From Eledone cirrhosa (taxonomy: Eukaryota), in NCBI GenBank assembly GCA_964016885.1, contig OZ024744.1:58590001-58654000 (forward strand): DNA of 64,000 nucleotides. Reading direction: 5' to 3'. The notes under the pieces are model-generated. The model was not told the DNA's origin. It ran no database searches and worked only from the letters and a program-made list of their open reading frames with translations. Positions 11,811 through 25,147 of the stretch are shown here, in pieces. Numbering within the stretch: the stretch's first letter is position 1; each line of letters begins with the position of its first letter. The position numbers and the translations under genes were made by a program.

Positions 11811-13213
11811 ATCAAATGAAATAGATATAATTTTAACAGCTAGAAGAACTCTCATTAACTTCAATAACGAACTTTGGACACGCTCAGATAGAGATAGAAA
11901 CTTTGATATCACTATGGGGGCATCTGATTCCGCGCAAATCACAGATCTTCTGGGAATTTTCATATTAAACATGATAAATAGAAAACTGCCGGAGATTACC
12001 GGTGGTTTATATAGAGATGACATTTTATTTACGGTGGTCAAACACAATAATATAGAATTAAATAGAGTTAAGAAAAGTATAATAGAATTCTTTAAAATGT
12101 ATGACCTTAAATTAGAAGTAGAAAATGGTACCAAAATAGTTAATTTCCTTGACGTTACCTTTAACTTAAACACTCGCTCCTATTACCCTTTTCATAAGCC
12201 TAATGAAAACTTAAACTATGTTAGTAACTATTCAAATAACCCTAGATCTGTAAAAAAAAAAAGCTATAGTAAATAGTGTGCAAAAACGTATTAATAAAAT
12301 ATCAGCCAATAAAGATATATTTGATAAAAATGCGGAATATTACAACAACGCTTTAAAAAGAGCAGGATATATGAATAATATAGAATATGTAGATAATAAC
12401 AATCCAAGTATTATTCCTAATAATAATAATAAAAATAATAACACATATAAGAGTAACTATAATAACTATAACTCAAACACACATACGCTAAATAAATCGA
12501 GAATACGAACTAGATCTAAATCAGTCATATGGTTTGCACCCCCTGCTTCGGTCGCAGTTAAAACACCAATTGCAAAACTATTCTTTAAAGCTCTTGACAC
12601 CTCTTTCCCTGCTCAACATAAATACCATTCCATTTTTTATAGACATACCATTAAATTCGCAAATTCTACAACCAGTAACATGGCCCAAAACATCGCCAAA
12701 TTAAACGCCAAAATCCTAAAACAAAACCAACATAATGATCATAATAATAGAGTTAACATTAATGATACTAAACCAAATTGTAATTGTAGAACTAAAAGTA
12801 ATTGCCCTTTGCAAAATAATTGTTTCGATAGTAATTTGGTTTATACATGCACCGTAAAAACTGACCATAAAACATACATTGGATCAACCTCGTCCACATT
12901 CAAACTTCGTTTCGCGAATCATAAATGCTCATTCTCGAACTCTAAGAAGAAATCATCCACGTCTTTATCATAGCTCATATGGTCTTTAAAAGAGAATAAT
13001 CTAGAATACTCCATTCTTTGGACAAAACTTCGGAACTGTGGAATTTACCGCAACTCTAGTATATCAAATAAATGCCCGCTCTGTACAATGGAGACCCTGT
13101 TGATTATTAATAATTATGAGACCCTAATTAACCAAAAAAGTGAATTATTCTCTAATTGCCTCCACAAAGCTACGTCCACTTTTTTAGCCTCACATAAAAC
13201 GAGAAAGAAATGA
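11811..13213 (+). pseudogene. PLE reverse transcriptase / GIY-YIG endonuclease, disrupted (frameshift ~12255, TAG 12971-12973)
   Basis: DITMGASDSAQITDL; GLYRDD; CNCRTKSNCPLQNNC (CxCx5Cx5C); LVY..TYIGST..FKLRFANH. After the TAG the frame continues through KCPLC...ELFSNCLHK to TGA at 13213. Confidence 0.88.
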
Positions 13214-14740
13214 ACCAATTAACAACTCGGTTACCAGGAATATATAATCAACAGTAAAAAACATCAATTTTATAACTATCTATAGAAAAAACAACGTCAG
13301 AATGAATGACAATATTTCAATTAGCATGCCTAAACATTGATACACACAACTTTATTTGTTAACTTAGATCAACACCATCATTTATCTACAAGTTAGTACA
13401 ATACCTAATTCTTACATATCTATTGAATTTATTTAACTGTGAATGTTTAATACATTTGTGATCTCTTTTAAATTTTAGTTTAATACCCAATCCAAAACTT
13501 TTATGAAACTTATCTATAACTCCAAATGTTTAATGACTTTTTGATCTATTATTTATAGTATAATCTAGCATATATTTCTTTTTAAATATACTTACTGCAC
13601 TATAATATCTAAATTTGAGACATATTCAAACTTATATATAAATGTGAATTTTTCGCTGTACTTTCGATCTCTTATTTATTTATTTATAATATAATGTATA
13701 TATGTAGTTATATATATGTAGTTATATATTGTATTTTATATTTTTTTTTTAATATTTTTAAATATACCTACCATACTTCTATATACATGATTCAAATATA
13801 GAGAAAATATCCAAACTAAAAAATTATTATGAACTTTATATTATACATGCACTCATTGTTTGTTTTTCTTATATGTATATATATATATATTTAAATGTAA
13901 CACGTTGTTAAGAGTATAACTGTTATCATTTACCTAAAGTATACTACATTAATAATACCTAATATATATATATATCCCTATATCTAATAATATGCTGATA
14001 TCTTGGTTGAAGAATAATTAGTACATTTACACCCAGTTATACATATGTATATATTTATCTGTAACATATTATTTTATTTTTATCTTCGTCGGTATTATTT
14101 ACCTTAAACATACTGGTTCATTAATATATACCTATATACATAATAGTTATTCAAATATTTATAACAATAAGTACTTCAAAAGCTTTACATACCTAATATG
14201 TTGGGATATTTGTTAAAGTTTAGATTTAGGTAATTAATCAACAGTATAATATTTCATTCTTTATATGCCAGCTAAATCCTTTAAAATGTTATTCTCACAA
14301 TTCAGAAGTTTAGAAATGATAATACACTTATCGAATTTATATAAATAATATATAAATAATTAGCAAATAATCCTGAAATCTGGAGTCTTCACCTTAATAT
14401 TATAAATTAAATATTTTCAAATCTAACCGTTTAACTTTCGACCCCCCCCCCCCCCACACACACACACTTTATCTTTCCCTCCTTATAAATCTTTTTCCAG
14501 TGGCTATCACTGGCTGTTATGATTCATGAGACGTTTCCCTAGATATATTGTAGTATCATACACTTTAAAATTTTAGAACACTTACAGTATGCAACGTGTT
14601 TTCTTACTCACACATTCTCTAATGAATTCATTATGTTTTCGCACTTTCACACAGATATTATATAAGTAAAATTTTCTATCGGGTAATCACTACCTTGATT
14701 AAATCTTAACCATTTAACATCTCAGGGTATGTCATGTATC

Positions 14741-14803
14741 ATTATAATTTGTCTGATGAGGACGTATTGTTGTACATCCGAAATATGTATAATAAAATGT
14801 AAT
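14741..14803 (+). ncRNA. Type I hammerhead ribozyme in the 3' pLTR
   Basis: CTGATGA 14753-14759, stem II GGACGTA/TACATCC, GAAA 14780-14783, palindromic stem III, stem I TTTGT/ATAAA. Confidence 0.75.
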
Positions 14804-14958
14804 TGATCAAAGGAACATCTATTTTATTAATACTTATATTTTAATATTAATAACTCCTGAAAATTTATTTTCAGTTGAGTGCTTCCAATCTACTGTAAAA
14901 CTCATTCTTTGACATAATCATCGAATATTGTTTAACAACTTAATATATATATATATAT

Positions 14959-15510
14959 AAACGGAAAAAATGAAACGAAATTTCATTTCTCACTCTTAGT
15001 ACGGCTGTTACTTAAATATAAGTATGTATACATACATATATGTATACAGACGTACAGTAGTATGTATATATATATACATACATAGATGCACACATATATA
15101 TATATGTACGTATGGATTCACCGAGCATTTATTATAATGCTCGGTGTGTTTGTAAACAAACATCCCGAATTAAGCCGTACAGTGTCTAGCAACCATCGTT
15201 GCTCATTTGTTCAACACTGACAAAGGAACGCTGTACTAGTTTCAAGCTTATTAGCTATCGTCAGCAACGTATACCTTCCTGCCAGATGATTGAACGTCTG
15301 AAAGTATATACTTTCCTTATGCATATTAACGGCTGAGCAGCCTAATTTGCATATCAAGTGAGTTAATCGGCCGGGCGCACCGAAAACGATAAACGGAAAA
15401 AATGAAACGAAATTTCATTTCTCATTTTTTCAGTTTCTCGTTTTCGGTGCGCCCGGCCTATTATCGTCCGTTTATCGTTTTCGGTGCGCCCGGCCGATTA
15501 ACTCACTCGA
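14959..15510 (-). mobile_element. Hammerhead-containing partial-tandem unit with fold-back end, within (TA)n
   Basis: Direct repeat aaacggaaaaaatgaaacgaaatttcatttctca at 14959 and 15391. Inverted copies of gagttaatcggccgggcgcaccgaaaacg at 15438-15508. A related fragment lies at 40987-41095. Confidence 0.6.
15223..15277 (-). ncRNA. Type I hammerhead ribozyme motif
   Basis: Minus strand: aagg..acgttg-CTGACGA-t-agct-aata-agct-t-GAA-ACTAGT-A-cagcgt-t-cctt. Confidence 0.75.
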
Positions 15511-15919
15511 TATATATATATATATATATATACTTAAGGTAAATATTGATGCAATTCCGTTCAAACACTCAACGTACGTTTTCCACATAGGAATGACGGA
15601 GTATATATCGAATAAGAAAAAGCGAAGTAGTTTCAGATGTTAAAGTCCTTTAATGATAATGCTGTGATACATATTTCAATGACAACAGTGGCCACACGGT
15701 TCGGTGTGCCCAGTGCCGTGACATCATCAGACAGCTTGTTACATAATAAGGTTATGTTTCCGAGGCAATCCAAATTGAATAGACATGGGAACGGACAAAG
15801 CGTGTGTTCTTGAATTCTTCGCCCGTTCCCCTGTTTGTCCCAATTCACTTGTTTGTTTGTTTTTGTGGCAAGATAAACATCATATTAGATTTCATTGAGC
15901 ATTCAAACGATCTACAAAG

Positions 15920-16068
15920 TCATATATACATACATACATATATGTGTGTGTGTGTGAGTGCGCGTGTGTGTGTGTGAGTGCGTGTGTGCGTCTGTGTGTG
16001 TGCGTGCGTGGAGTGTGTATGTATGTGTATGTGTGTGTGCGTGTGCGTGTGCGCGTGTGTGTGTGTAT

Positions 16069-16135
<67 letters not shown>

Positions 16136-16213
16136 AGATAGAAATGCGTGCAATAGTTAACGTATAAAATCCAATGTCACTGCTGAGTGTACTATTATTA
16201 ATATGTATGTACG

Positions 16214-16250
<37 letters not shown>

Positions 16251-16540
16251 GTGGGTGTGTATGTGTGTATGTATGTATGTATCGGTGTGCGTGAGTGTGT
16301 ATGTATTTATGCATGTATGTATATATGTATGTATGTATGTGTGTATATATGTGTATGTATTTATGTATGTATGTTTATATGTATGTATGTATGTATGTGT
16401 ATGTATGTATATATGTATGTATGCGTGTATGTATGTATGTATATGTGTATGTATGTATATATGTATGTATCTATGTATGTATTATGTATATGTATGTATG
16501 TATATATGTATGTATCTATGTATGTATTATGTATATGATC
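15920..16540. repeat. Compound (TG)n/(TATG)n microsatellite
   Basis: Visible low-complexity runs. Confidence 0.9.
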
Positions 16541-16751
16541 GGCAGTGAAACATATGTAATATGTAATTAAATATGTATATGATGCAATACTGATTCTTTG
16601 TTCCCATTATTATTTTGGCAGTATCGGTAGAGGGTCGGACACCATGCTTTAACGCATAGAGTTACGGCCCTTTACGGGGTCGATTTAATCGACTTTCCCC
16701 TCCTCCAAAATTGCTGGCCTTGTGCCTATATAAGAAATCATTATTATGTGG

Positions 16752-16935
16752 ATTGGCAGTATTGGTAGAGGGTCGGACGCCATGCTTTTCAGCAAAGAGT
16801 TACGGCCCTTTATGGTCTGAGTTCAAATCCCGTCGAGGTTAACTTTGCCTTTCATCCTTACGAGGTCGATAAAATAAAGTACCAGTAATGTACTGGGATA
16901 ATTGCTGGCCTTGTACTAAATGTAGAAACAATTAT
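16752..16935 (+). mobile_element. tRNA-derived SINE with (ATT)n tail
   Basis: A-box tggcagtattggt, B-box gagttcaaatcc, core gcctttcatccttacgaggtcgataaaataaagtacc, tail attattatt. Confidence 0.8.
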
Positions 16936-16936
16936 T

Positions 16937-16997
<61 letters not shown>

Positions 16998-17027
16998 AGA
17001 TCAAAAGATGGTTAAAGGAGTTCCATG

Positions 17028-17098
17028 TATTTTATTATGCGCATTTCAAAAACAAACATCATCATGCAATAATATTTGTGTTTTCATCAGATAAAACA
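17028..17098 (-). ncRNA. Type I hammerhead ribozyme motif in a (TA)n-bounded 220 bp insert
   Basis: Minus strand: tgttttat-CTGATGA-aaacacaaatat-loop-atgtttgttttt-GAA-ATGCGCAT-A-ataaaata. Confidence 0.75.
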
Positions 17099-17214
17099 GG
17101 AGAACATGATATGAAGGCTATCTTATATTATGTATACTCCAGTCCTACAAACTGTAGAGTGCTTCTTATCCGATATCTGCATTGCTTTATTGTACTACAA
17201 TAAAACTCACCTCC

Positions 17215-17356
<142 letters not shown>

Positions 17357-17545
17357 GGGCGGTGAATTAGCAGTATCGGTAGGTCTGACGCCATGCTTTG
17401 CAGCAAAGAGTTACGGCCCTTTATGGTCTGAGTTCAAATCCCGTCGAGGTTAACTTTGCCTTTCATCCTTACGAGGTCGATAAAATAAAGTACCAGTAAT
17501 GTACTGGGATAATAGCCGGCCTTGTGCCAAAAGTAGAAATAATTA
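17357..17545 (+). mobile_element. tRNA-derived SINE
   Basis: Near-identical to 16752-16935. Confidence 0.8.
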
Positions 17546-17670
17546 TATATATATATATATATATATAGTAATAATAAATGCGAAGACAAAAATCCGAAGG
17601 GGGCTCGATAAGGGTGAAAGCAGCGATTCTTTGCTTAAACTTTAATTTGTTATTATAATATAAGACGCGT

Positions 17671-17731
<61 letters not shown>

Positions 17732-17817
17732 CCCACCAACACCCCACTCTCCAGAGCGTGAAATTAATAAACATTCGTTGTACTGCCTCTCTGTTTTGTC
17801 CCTGTTCAAATTTTTCC

Positions 17818-17861
<44 letters not shown>

Positions 17862-17864
17862 ACG

Positions 17865-18130
17865 CGTCTGGCTTAGTTAGAAGGTTTGGCTCATGATCGT
17901 AAAGGTCACGAATTCAATTTGCGGTGGCGCCTTGTGACATTGAGCAACACACTTTATTCCGCGTTGCTGTAATCCACTCAGCTGGTTAAATATATGTTCT
18001 ATTTGTAATTCAAAGGTAAAGTCCAACTGTATCGGACACTGTGGTCACACTGAGAACTACGTTAAAGTTATAACGTATCTGTAGAATGCTCAGCCACTTG
18101 CACGGTAATTTCCTGTTTCATTGCTGGAAC
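17865..18130 (+). mobile_element. Degenerate tRNA-derived SINE (4200-4510 family)
   Basis: tggcttagttag head, then gacattgagcaacacactttatt..ccactcagctgg. Confidence 0.6.
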
Positions 18131-18431
18131 AAATGGAACACTTGTGTGTGATCGGAACGGACAGTGATCCGAGACAAATATATGCATATTTTGTTATGCT
18201 GATTCTCCAGGAGAATGGCGCTAATGATATACGTGTCTGTGATTCAATCATACAGCCTTGTCACTTATTGTGTCGCGTTGATTTAACCGTGAAGGTTACG
18301 TGAATGGTAGACAGAAGTGTCTGTGGAATACTAAACATTTATATCATAATTCATGAGATGAACGTTGAGCTTGATAGCAAAATTGAATGCTCATGAAAAC
18401 CGGTGTTTTCATCACTACCATCATCACCACC

Positions 18432-18463
<32 letters not shown>

Positions 18464-18470
18464 AATCATC

Positions 18471-18502
<32 letters not shown>

Positions 18503-18616
18503 CATCATTATCATCATTATCATCATCATCATCATCATCATTATGTATATATGTATGTATATATGTATGTATATATATATATATGTATATATCATGTATA
18601 TATGTATGTATACACC

Positions 18617-18810
18617 AGGGCGGTGGATTGACAGTATTGGTAGCGGGCCGGACGCCATGCTTTGACGTAAAGAGTTACGGCCCTTGCCATTCTTAGTTCA
18701 AATCCCGCCGAAGTTAACTTTGCCTTTCATCCTTACGGGGTCGATAAAATAAAGTACCAGTAATACACTGGGTAATTTGCTGGCCTTGTGCCTAACGTAG
18801 AAACAATTAT
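18617..18810 (+). mobile_element. tRNA-derived SINE
   Basis: Same family as 16752-16935. Confidence 0.8.
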
Positions 18811-19129
18811 GTATATATATGTATGTATATATGTATGTATATATATATTATCATCATCATAATCATCGTCATCATCAACATAATCATCGTCATCATCATC
18901 ATCATCATCATCATTAGCATCATCATCATCATCATCTTACACATACGGTGAACAGAAATAAAATCATGGAAAAGAGACAACGAAAGGTAAACTGACAATT
19001 TATGACATGTACCCAATGTCAACAACGCAAATCCTAACGGGGTCGATAAAATAAAGTACCAGTAATACACTGGATAATTGCTGGCCTTGTGCCAGATGTA
19101 GAAACACTTTAGACATGTTACGTGTATAT

Positions 19130-19440
19130 ATGAAGATATTTTTTAAAGTGAGGAAAGGCTGTGCACTGAGCCAATCCCACACTCTGAGCGACAGTAGCTA
19201 TAACCCGAAAAGAAGAAAAGATCAACATCATCGGTAACTACTGAGCCGGAGGTTTTATATCGGAGTTATCCCAGTTTCCTGAGTTGCCTTCCCCTAGAAG
19301 AATGCCCTGACAAAGGCTAGGGTCCTTCACTCCCAGTGGTTTAACCGTGCGATCGGGTGTCCAGCCCGACTATTTCTATGTCCCATGCATATACAGATAT
19401 ACATATACACACATATGTACATGTGTATATACGTGTATAT
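19130..19440 (-). mobile_element. RTE-derived N2 element fragment
   Basis: Matches 20750-21060. Confidence 0.65.
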
Positions 19441-19500
19441 ATATACATACATACATACCTACATACATACATACATACATACATACCTACATACATACAT

Positions 19501-19859
19501 GGTGGCTGCCAACTCGTTTTCGAGTACGGCCACTACTTTATATACATGTAGGAGAACCCCTACCGATGCGCTGAACGAGTGTGACTTTTTAGTCCAGCCA
19601 GCGACTTGAAAACTCTGGTACAAACACTACACTTGTGACAATTATTGACACAGTGCTAGGCCCATGGTACCATGTGACGACAAGTGCAGAGAGATCTCCA
19701 GATATAAAGCAATGCCTGTGCCGTGAAGCTTTTATAGTGAGCAAAGGCACTGCACAAAGCCAGTCCCACTCTCTTAACCAAGATGATATTTACCAAAAAG
19801 AAGAACAAGTCAACATCATTGGATACCATCAGGGTTGCAGTTGTTTTATCAGAGTTTTC
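19501..19859 (-). mobile_element. RTE-derived N1 element, 5'-truncated
   Basis: Matches 787-1145. (TACA)n on both sides. Confidence 0.8.
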
Positions 19860-19917
19860 ATACATACATACATACATACATACATACATACATACATACA
19901 TACATACATACAAAAAA

Positions 19918-20016
19918 AGATCTTCACGCACAGGCATTGCACGATAGCTTAATTGATAATTATTAATAATGTTATATCATGCAATGGCCATACTCGATAA
20001 CGAGGGGCAGCCATCA
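19918..20016 (+). mobile_element. RTE-derived N2 element 3' end with (TATG)n tail
   Basis: Reverse complement of 20661-20760. Confidence 0.65.
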
Positions 20017-20660
20017 TGTATGTATGTATGTATGTATGTATGTATGTATGTATGTATGTATGTATGTATGAATGTATGTATGTATGTATGTATGTATGTA
20101 TGTATGTATGTATGTATGTATGTATGTATGCATGTATGAATGTATGTATGTGTGTATGTATGTATGTAGCTATACAGACATAATGTGCGTGTTTTATGTT
20201 TACGTCATATTTTTTCAGACACTTTTGCTTGGATTCCTGTACATACATACACACGCACACACACATATTCACACATGAACACACACACACGCGCGCGCGC
20301 GCGCGCATACATATAGAAATACATGCATACATGCATATAAACACACGCACAACGACTCACATACACATGCGCACACACATACATGCATATATGCATCCAA
20401 ACATACACACATACACACATACATACATACATACTTGCATACATACATATACATACATACATGCATACATACATACATTCATGCATACATACATTTATAC
20501 ATACATACATACATGTATACATACATATATACATACATACATGCATACATGCATGTATGTATGCATGTATGTATGTATACATACATGCATGCATACATGC
20601 ATGCATACATGCATGCATATATATATATACATACATATATACATACATATATACATACAT

Positions 20661-21173
20661 GATGGTTGCCCCCCTCGTTATCGAGTATGGCCATTGCCCG
20701 ATATACCATTATTAATAATTATCAATTAATGCTATCGTGCAATGCCTGTGCATGAAGATATTTTTTAAAGTGAGGAAAGACTGTGCACTGAGCCAATCCC
20801 ACTCTCTGAGCGACAGTAGCTATAACCCGAAAAGAAGAAAAGATCAACATCATCGGCTACTACTGAGCCGCAGGTTTTATGTCGGAGTTATCCCAGTTTC
20901 CTAGAAGAATGCCCTGACAAAGGCTAGGGGTCCTTCACTCCCAGTGGATTAACCGCGCGCTCGGGTGTCCAGCCCGACTATTTCTATGTCCCCGTGCATA
21001 TACATACACATGCACCCATGTATATACACATATACATATACATACATATGTACATGTGTATATACATATTTACACACTTTCGGATGGCCGTTGACTCTTA
21101 TGAGTTCTTCCGCCCTTTCTCAGGTTTTGTTTTTTGTCCTGCAAGGTGTCCACAATCACCCTCCCCACCAAGT
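20661..21173 (-). mobile_element. RTE-derived N2 element, near full length
   Basis: 3' end ctcgataacgaggggggcaaccatc plus (TATG)n parallels the N1 end ctcgacaacgagttggcagccacc. Confidence 0.65.
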
Positions 21174-21419
21174 AATTATTATTATTACTATATATATATA
21201 CAGATATAAATATATATTTATATGCAGATATAGATTTAGATATATATATATATAACTTAACGGTTGGACAAAATATGATCAATAAAATTAGTCACTGATC
21301 AACAAAATTAAGGTTGTGCCCCAACATGGCCGCTGTCAGATAACTAATACCAGTAAAAGAATAAAGCAAAATGAAAGTGTACATGTATATATGTGTGTAT
21401 ATATATATATATTCTTACT

Positions 21420-21493
<74 letters not shown>

Positions 21494-21501
<8 letters not shown>

Positions 21502-22003
21502 ATACTTTGGGAGGGTCATGTTGCCAATAAGAAACACACGCACCAGTTGCTTTCACTTCAATTTATTATATATTTATAAATTTATAAGTTTGTAGATTTG
21601 TAAATTTATAAATTTACAAATCTACAAACTTATAAATTTCTGGTTGGTTGGTTGGTTCCACAACCAGATAGTTGTTTATATATAGTCATAGTCCTTTCGT
21701 CACACAGTAACAGCACAGAAACAAAGAAAGGAATCCCCAGTCACTGAAGAGGTCACAGAGTGTGTGACGAAAGGACTATGACTATATATAAACAACTATC
21801 TGGTTGTGGAACCAACCAACCAACCAGAAATTTATAAGTTTGTAGATTTGTAAATTTATAAATTTATAAATATATAATAAATTGAAGTGAAAGCAACTGG
21901 TGCGTGTGTTTCTTATTGGCAACATGACCCTCCCAAAGTATAACAATATCGGTTTCAACACACGATTTCAGATAAAGAATCTTGCTAAACAAATTCAGAA
22001 ACG

Positions 22004-22005
<2 letters not shown>
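21494..22005 (+). mobile_element. Fold-back family A Penelope-like pLTR with minimal hammerhead
   Basis: Inverted arms 21494-21706 and 21761-21949, tail to ~22005, (TA)n flanks. Motif agtca-CTGAAGA(21744)-g-gtcaca-gagtg-tgtgac-GAAA-ggac-TA-tgact. Confidence 0.75.
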
Positions 22006-22062
<57 letters not shown>

Positions 22063-22639
22063 TATGAACTGCTCCTATGTTTACAAGTCGAAGGCTCATT
22101 CTTTCGTAATTACAATACACACCCAGGTAACTATATATATATATATATATATTTATACAATGGTGTGTGTGTATGTATGTATACGCTATTATACATACAT
22201 ATACATACATTAACAGAGACATTTGTAATTGTATGTGTGTGTTGTACATTTCATGTATGTTTTGCATGTTGTAACATAAATGCTTTAAGTGCCTGTGTAC
22301 AGTATGTGTGTGTGTGTGCATATGTGTGTACACATGTGTGTGTTTACATGTGTATGTGTAAATATGTGCATGTACATATGTATGTACCGATGTACCGTGT
22401 GTGTATGTGTGCATGTGTATCTATCTATGTTGTTGTATGCATATTTTTAGCTCCCTGCGTTATGTTAAATGGCAGCGTAAATAGTTGTAAACCCACCACC
22501 GTGTATGTAACATGCGTAGTGTATCTATGCGTGTGTATGTGTTCATGTTTTGTTGTTGTTTTTTAATGTGTATATCTCTATGTGGGTGTGTTTGTGTGTA
22601 TCTGTTACATTATGTTATGTTTATATTATTATAATATTC

Positions 22640-22830
22640 TAGTTAACTTTACCTTTCATCCTTACGGGGATCGATATAATAAAGTACCAGTAATACACTA
22701 GAATAATTGCTGGCCTTGTGCCAAAAGAAGAAACAATTATTACACATAATCTTTACGGGATTCGATATAATAAAGTACCAGTAATGCACTAGGATAACTG
22801 CTGGCCTTGTGCCAAAAGTAGAAACAATTA
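22640..22830 (+). mobile_element. SINE 3' half with tandem duplication
   Basis: Two copies of ttacgggga.tcgatataataaagtaccagtaat...ggccttgtgccaaaag.agaaacaatta. Confidence 0.7.
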
Positions 22831-23049
22831 TAATATTCTAGTTATATTTTTTATTTTAGTTAATTTAAACTTACCGTTTCGTCGATGGCAGCAGAATCCC
22901 CAAAAATAACTTTCTTTTATTATTTTTTTGTTGTTGTTGCATTTGTTGTTTTTGGTGGTGGTCGTCGTTGTATTGGTAATGTCATTGGTGTTGTTGTTTG
23001 TCGTCGTTGTTGTTGTTGTTGTTGTTGTCGTCGTTGTCGTTGCTGCTGC

Positions 23050-23081
<32 letters not shown>

Positions 23082-23512
23082 CTGTTCCCTTCTTTTCAAC
23101 AACCAACAACAACAACAACCCCCCCAAAAACAAAATTAAAATAAATAAAATGAAATAAAATAAAATAAAATAGAAATGTCTTGTTGAGGACCAGTGACTG
23201 ACGACCGCTACACGAGAAGCTCCATGTGAAAGTGTGAAAGTTGTTGTTTATAATACTTCATTAAGAACAGTAATAATAATTTCTCCAGGTATGTTATATA
23301 TTATTACCTTAACTTTCAATGTTTAGCAGCTTTTTCTTGTCCTGCTACTTCCACTACATAAAGTCCTTCTTACCTTTCATAAAAGTAAAATAGCTTTTGA
23401 TACATTTAAACTCTTCCTCTCTCTCTCTCTCACTCTCTCTCTCCACCTCTGTCTGCTTCTGTCTATATCTCCCCTTCCCTCTTTCTCTCTATCTCTCTCT
23501 TATTCGCTCTCC

Positions 23513-23567
<55 letters not shown>

Positions 23568-23603
23568 GTTTGCTTCATTGTTTTGTTGTTGTTATTGTTC
23601 TGC

Positions 23604-23676
<73 letters not shown>

Positions 23677-23838
23677 TTTCCTTATCCTATACTCTTCCTT
23701 ACTCTCTCACTCTCAATATTTTTTTAGTTTTTCTTTTTTCTTCTCTCCTACTACATTTTTCTCAGTTCCACCCTCTTTATATGTGTGTGTGTGTATTTGT
23801 ATGTGCGTGTGTGTGTGTATGTGAGTGTGTGTGTATAG

Positions 23839-23876
<38 letters not shown>

Positions 23877-24073
23877 TTGTGTGTATATGTGTGGAGGGAA
23901 GGTTTCAAACTGTGTTTGTTCTTCACACAGGGATTGTTTCTTAACAGGCTGACCACTACCTCTTCCGCCTCACACGATCTCTTCTCTTCATCCCTATTTT
24001 GTTTCATTCTTTCTTTCTTTCTTTCTCACTTACTCTCACTCACTCTCTCTCTCCTTCTCTTTCTCTCTCTCTC

Positions 24074-24119
<46 letters not shown>

Positions 24120-25147
24120 AGACAAACAAACTCATCCTTTCTCAGGGTATGTTTCTCTCCTGCTTCTCTCCCCTTCAAATTATACAATTTGCCGCCAGAC
24201 AGACAGGTTAGCAACCCTTCATAAAACAGATTGTCAAAACAAGTGTCTTATCTCCTCCACCCCACATACTCTCTCTCTCCCTCTCCCACGCCCCCACTCC
24301 TACTCTCCCTCGCCTTGTCTCCTTTCTCTCTTTTTTTTCTCTCTCTCTCTATCTTTCGCTCTCCTTATTTCTCTCTCCGATGTCAAAAATTAACAAAAAC
24401 AAAAAATGACAAAACTTCTCATTGCGTGTGTGTGTGTGTGTGATTACAATTTAGTTTCTGGCTTTAAGTCTGCTAGTTGTATATACGTATATACGATAGC
24501 TCAGAGAAAGGCCTTCCAACAATGATGTATGGTATGTGATGTGAAGATGATATAGCACATATATCGTAATCAAGGCCGGTAGCTAGGTATTTAGTTGTAA
24601 AACTTGTGTCCATTTCTCTCAAATAAAATACTTTCAGCTTACAAGTTTGGTAATCTAACGGACCTAATTAAGTTTCTAACGAACCTACTTATCTTCCTGC
24701 TGTGACCATACCGAACCTTCATTTTCCACTACAAAGTGCACACTCACCCATGCCAAATCATGTGACATGACAGGTCACAACATTATACGACCCTCTCCAC
24801 CAATGCTGCTATACGGCAAAAATGCTTAGTGATTTATTTATTGATCACATGAAATTATTATATATTTAATTTAATTATACAAATATATAAATATATTTTT
24901 TAAACTGTGATCCTTTCAGGTTCAGAAATGTGCCATTTCAGGCCTGCTCCTTCAACGGCTGCCTAGTTAGCGTTAAGGGTGGCACTGACCTTGGGTGTGC
25001 TGTGATGTGATCTGGGCTCCTAGGATAAAGTTTAGTTAGCCTTATAAATAATACTGTTCTGATTTAGACATGTCTACTTCACCTATTTCTTTTCATTTCT
25101 TTTCAATGATTGATAATACCTTATCGGCGCCATTCGAGTAATGTAAA

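Larger units (their letters stand above)
11650..14945 (+). mobile_element. Penelope-like element, Naiad-type, 5'-truncated, with inverted pLTRs
   Basis: Inverted repeat 11650-11810 vs 14686-14847, a tail to ~14945, (TA)n on both flanks, and internal RT plus GIY-YIG remnants. Confidence 0.88.

Noticed and set aside
12971-12973. In-frame stop in the Naiad ORF as possible selenocysteine
   Set aside because: The codon is TAG, not TGA, it is not at a cysteine position, and the copy is also frameshifted.
15633-15848. Unique sequence with short ORFs on both strands and a CTGATGA on the minus strand
   Set aside because: No recognisable domain, and no GAAA or stem III in register.
22860-24240. Possible host exons or promoter (donor-like ACG|GTAAGT on minus at ~22875; CAG|GTATGT at ~23288)
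   Set aside because: No coding signal or partner splice sites. Cannot be supported without RNA data.
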